64,000 bases of DNA from an uncultured cyanobacterium (GTDB lineage Bacteria > Cyanobacteriota > Cyanobacteriia > Cyanobacteriales > CAWUOF01), in assembly GCA_963744145.1 (NCBI GenBank), contig CAVUSO010000001.1, positions 7,168,001 to 7,232,000 on the forward strand, given 5' to 3'. Below the pieces are notes generated by a model, which was given only the letters and a program-made list of their open reading frames with translations, was not told where the DNA came from and did no database searches. Of this stretch, positions 63,109 to 64,000 are shown in pieces (position 1 is the stretch's first letter; the number at the start of each line of letters is the position of its first letter). The translations under genes and the position numbers were made by a program.

Positions 63109-63972
63109 GTGAATCATTTTGGTGTCCTGCCCCCAAAGCTTTTCCTAGATCCCCTGTTACGTGATTGGTTGTTGGAGGATATTGGTCGGGGTGATTGGAC
63201 AACCCAAGGATTGGCAAACAAAGGAGTAAGACAAGCGAAGTGGGTAGCAAAAACATCTGGGGTGATTGCAGGTCTACCAATAGGGGCAAGGATATTTCAA
63301 CTTTTAGATGAAAAAGTAAAGTTTTCGACTGTTGTGCTTGACGGTGGTTTTTGTCAACAGGGTGAAATAGTGGCCGAAATTGATGGTCCAGTCGATGCCC
63401 TACTTATGGGAGAACAAGTTGCTCTCAATATTGTGATGCGGATGAGTGGGATTGCCACACTGACTAGAAAATATGTAGAAAAAATTGCTGACTTACCTGC
63501 AAAGTTCGTGGATATGCGTAAAACCACACCTGGGGTAAGAATATTGGAAAGGTACGCAGCTGTTGTGGGTGGTGCAGTTAATCACCGGATCGGGTTGGAT
63601 GATGCGGTGATCATCAAGAAAAATCACATTGTTGCTGCTGGGGGAATTGACAAGGCAATTACCCAAATTCGCCAACGCATTCCTTATCCTTTAACAATAG
63701 AAGTAGAAACGGGAAGTTTAGACGAGATAAAAGAAGCTTTACAGCATAAAGCTGACAGTATTATGTTAGACAATATGCCTGTCAATTTGATCCGTCAAGC
63801 AGTGTATATGATTCGTCAACAAGACAGTCGCGTTAAAATCGAAGCTTCTTCCGGCAACATTAGTTTAGAAACTATTCGTGCTGTTGCTGAAACAGGAGTT
63901 GACTATGTTTCAAGTAGCGCACCCATGACTCTATCCCCATGGTTGGATTTAAGTATGGAATTGTATAAATAA
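63109..63972 (+). CDS. nadC: Quinolinate phosphoribosyltransferase homologue with altered motifs
   Basis: EDIGRGDWTT, SGIAT.T, RKTTPG.R, NHRIGLDD, IEVE, IMLDN, AETGVD. Confidence 0.82.
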   Translation: MNHFGVLPPKLFLDPLLRDWLLEDIGRGDWTTQGLANKGVRQAKWVAKTSGVIAGLPIGARIFQLLDEKVKFSTVVLDGGFCQQGEIVAEIDGPVDALLMGEQVALNIVMRMSGIATLTRKYVEKIADLPAKFVDMRKTTPGVRILERYAAVVGGAVNHRIGLDDAVIIKKNHIVAAGGIDKAITQIRQRIPYPLTIEVETGSLDEIKEALQHKADSIMLDNMPVNLIRQAVYMIRQQDSRVKIEASSGNISLETIRAVAETGVDYVSSSAPMTLSPWLDLSMELYK

Positions 63973-64000
63973 GCACAATTTCCTTCATCAATGCTATAGT

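Overview
Cyanobacterial chromosome segment: HIP1 (GCGATCGC) is frequent, and petG, cytM, a CAAD/CurT gene and cyanophycinase are present. All family assignments come from motif recognition by eye, with no database search. 1-8 kb is the 3' part of a restriction-like defence locus, with a DUF1156-type methylase and a PLD-SNF2 helicase broken by an IS630 fragment. Between them lie four accessory genes, including an unusual pair: a single-chain tandem Phd/YefM-like protein and a RelE-like domain fused to a winged-helix domain. 8.5-24 kb has housekeeping genes (rsmA, ispE, ubiD, cyanophycinase, adenylate cyclase) mixed with an orphan repeat protein, a Zn-ribbon-NYN-LOTUS protein and a compact toxin/immunity-like cassette disrupted by a MITE. 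24-43 kb is a plastic zone. It holds five mosaic Uma2 cassettes interleaved with toxin-antitoxin fragments, plus a filamentous-haemagglutinin/7-repeat propeller/CHAT gene and a cytochrome P450, each hit by two IS elements with readable target duplications. 43-64 kb is mostly conserved core genes with many MITE/REP hairpins, an orphan nicotianamine-synthase-like gene and a nadC with altered catalytic motifs.
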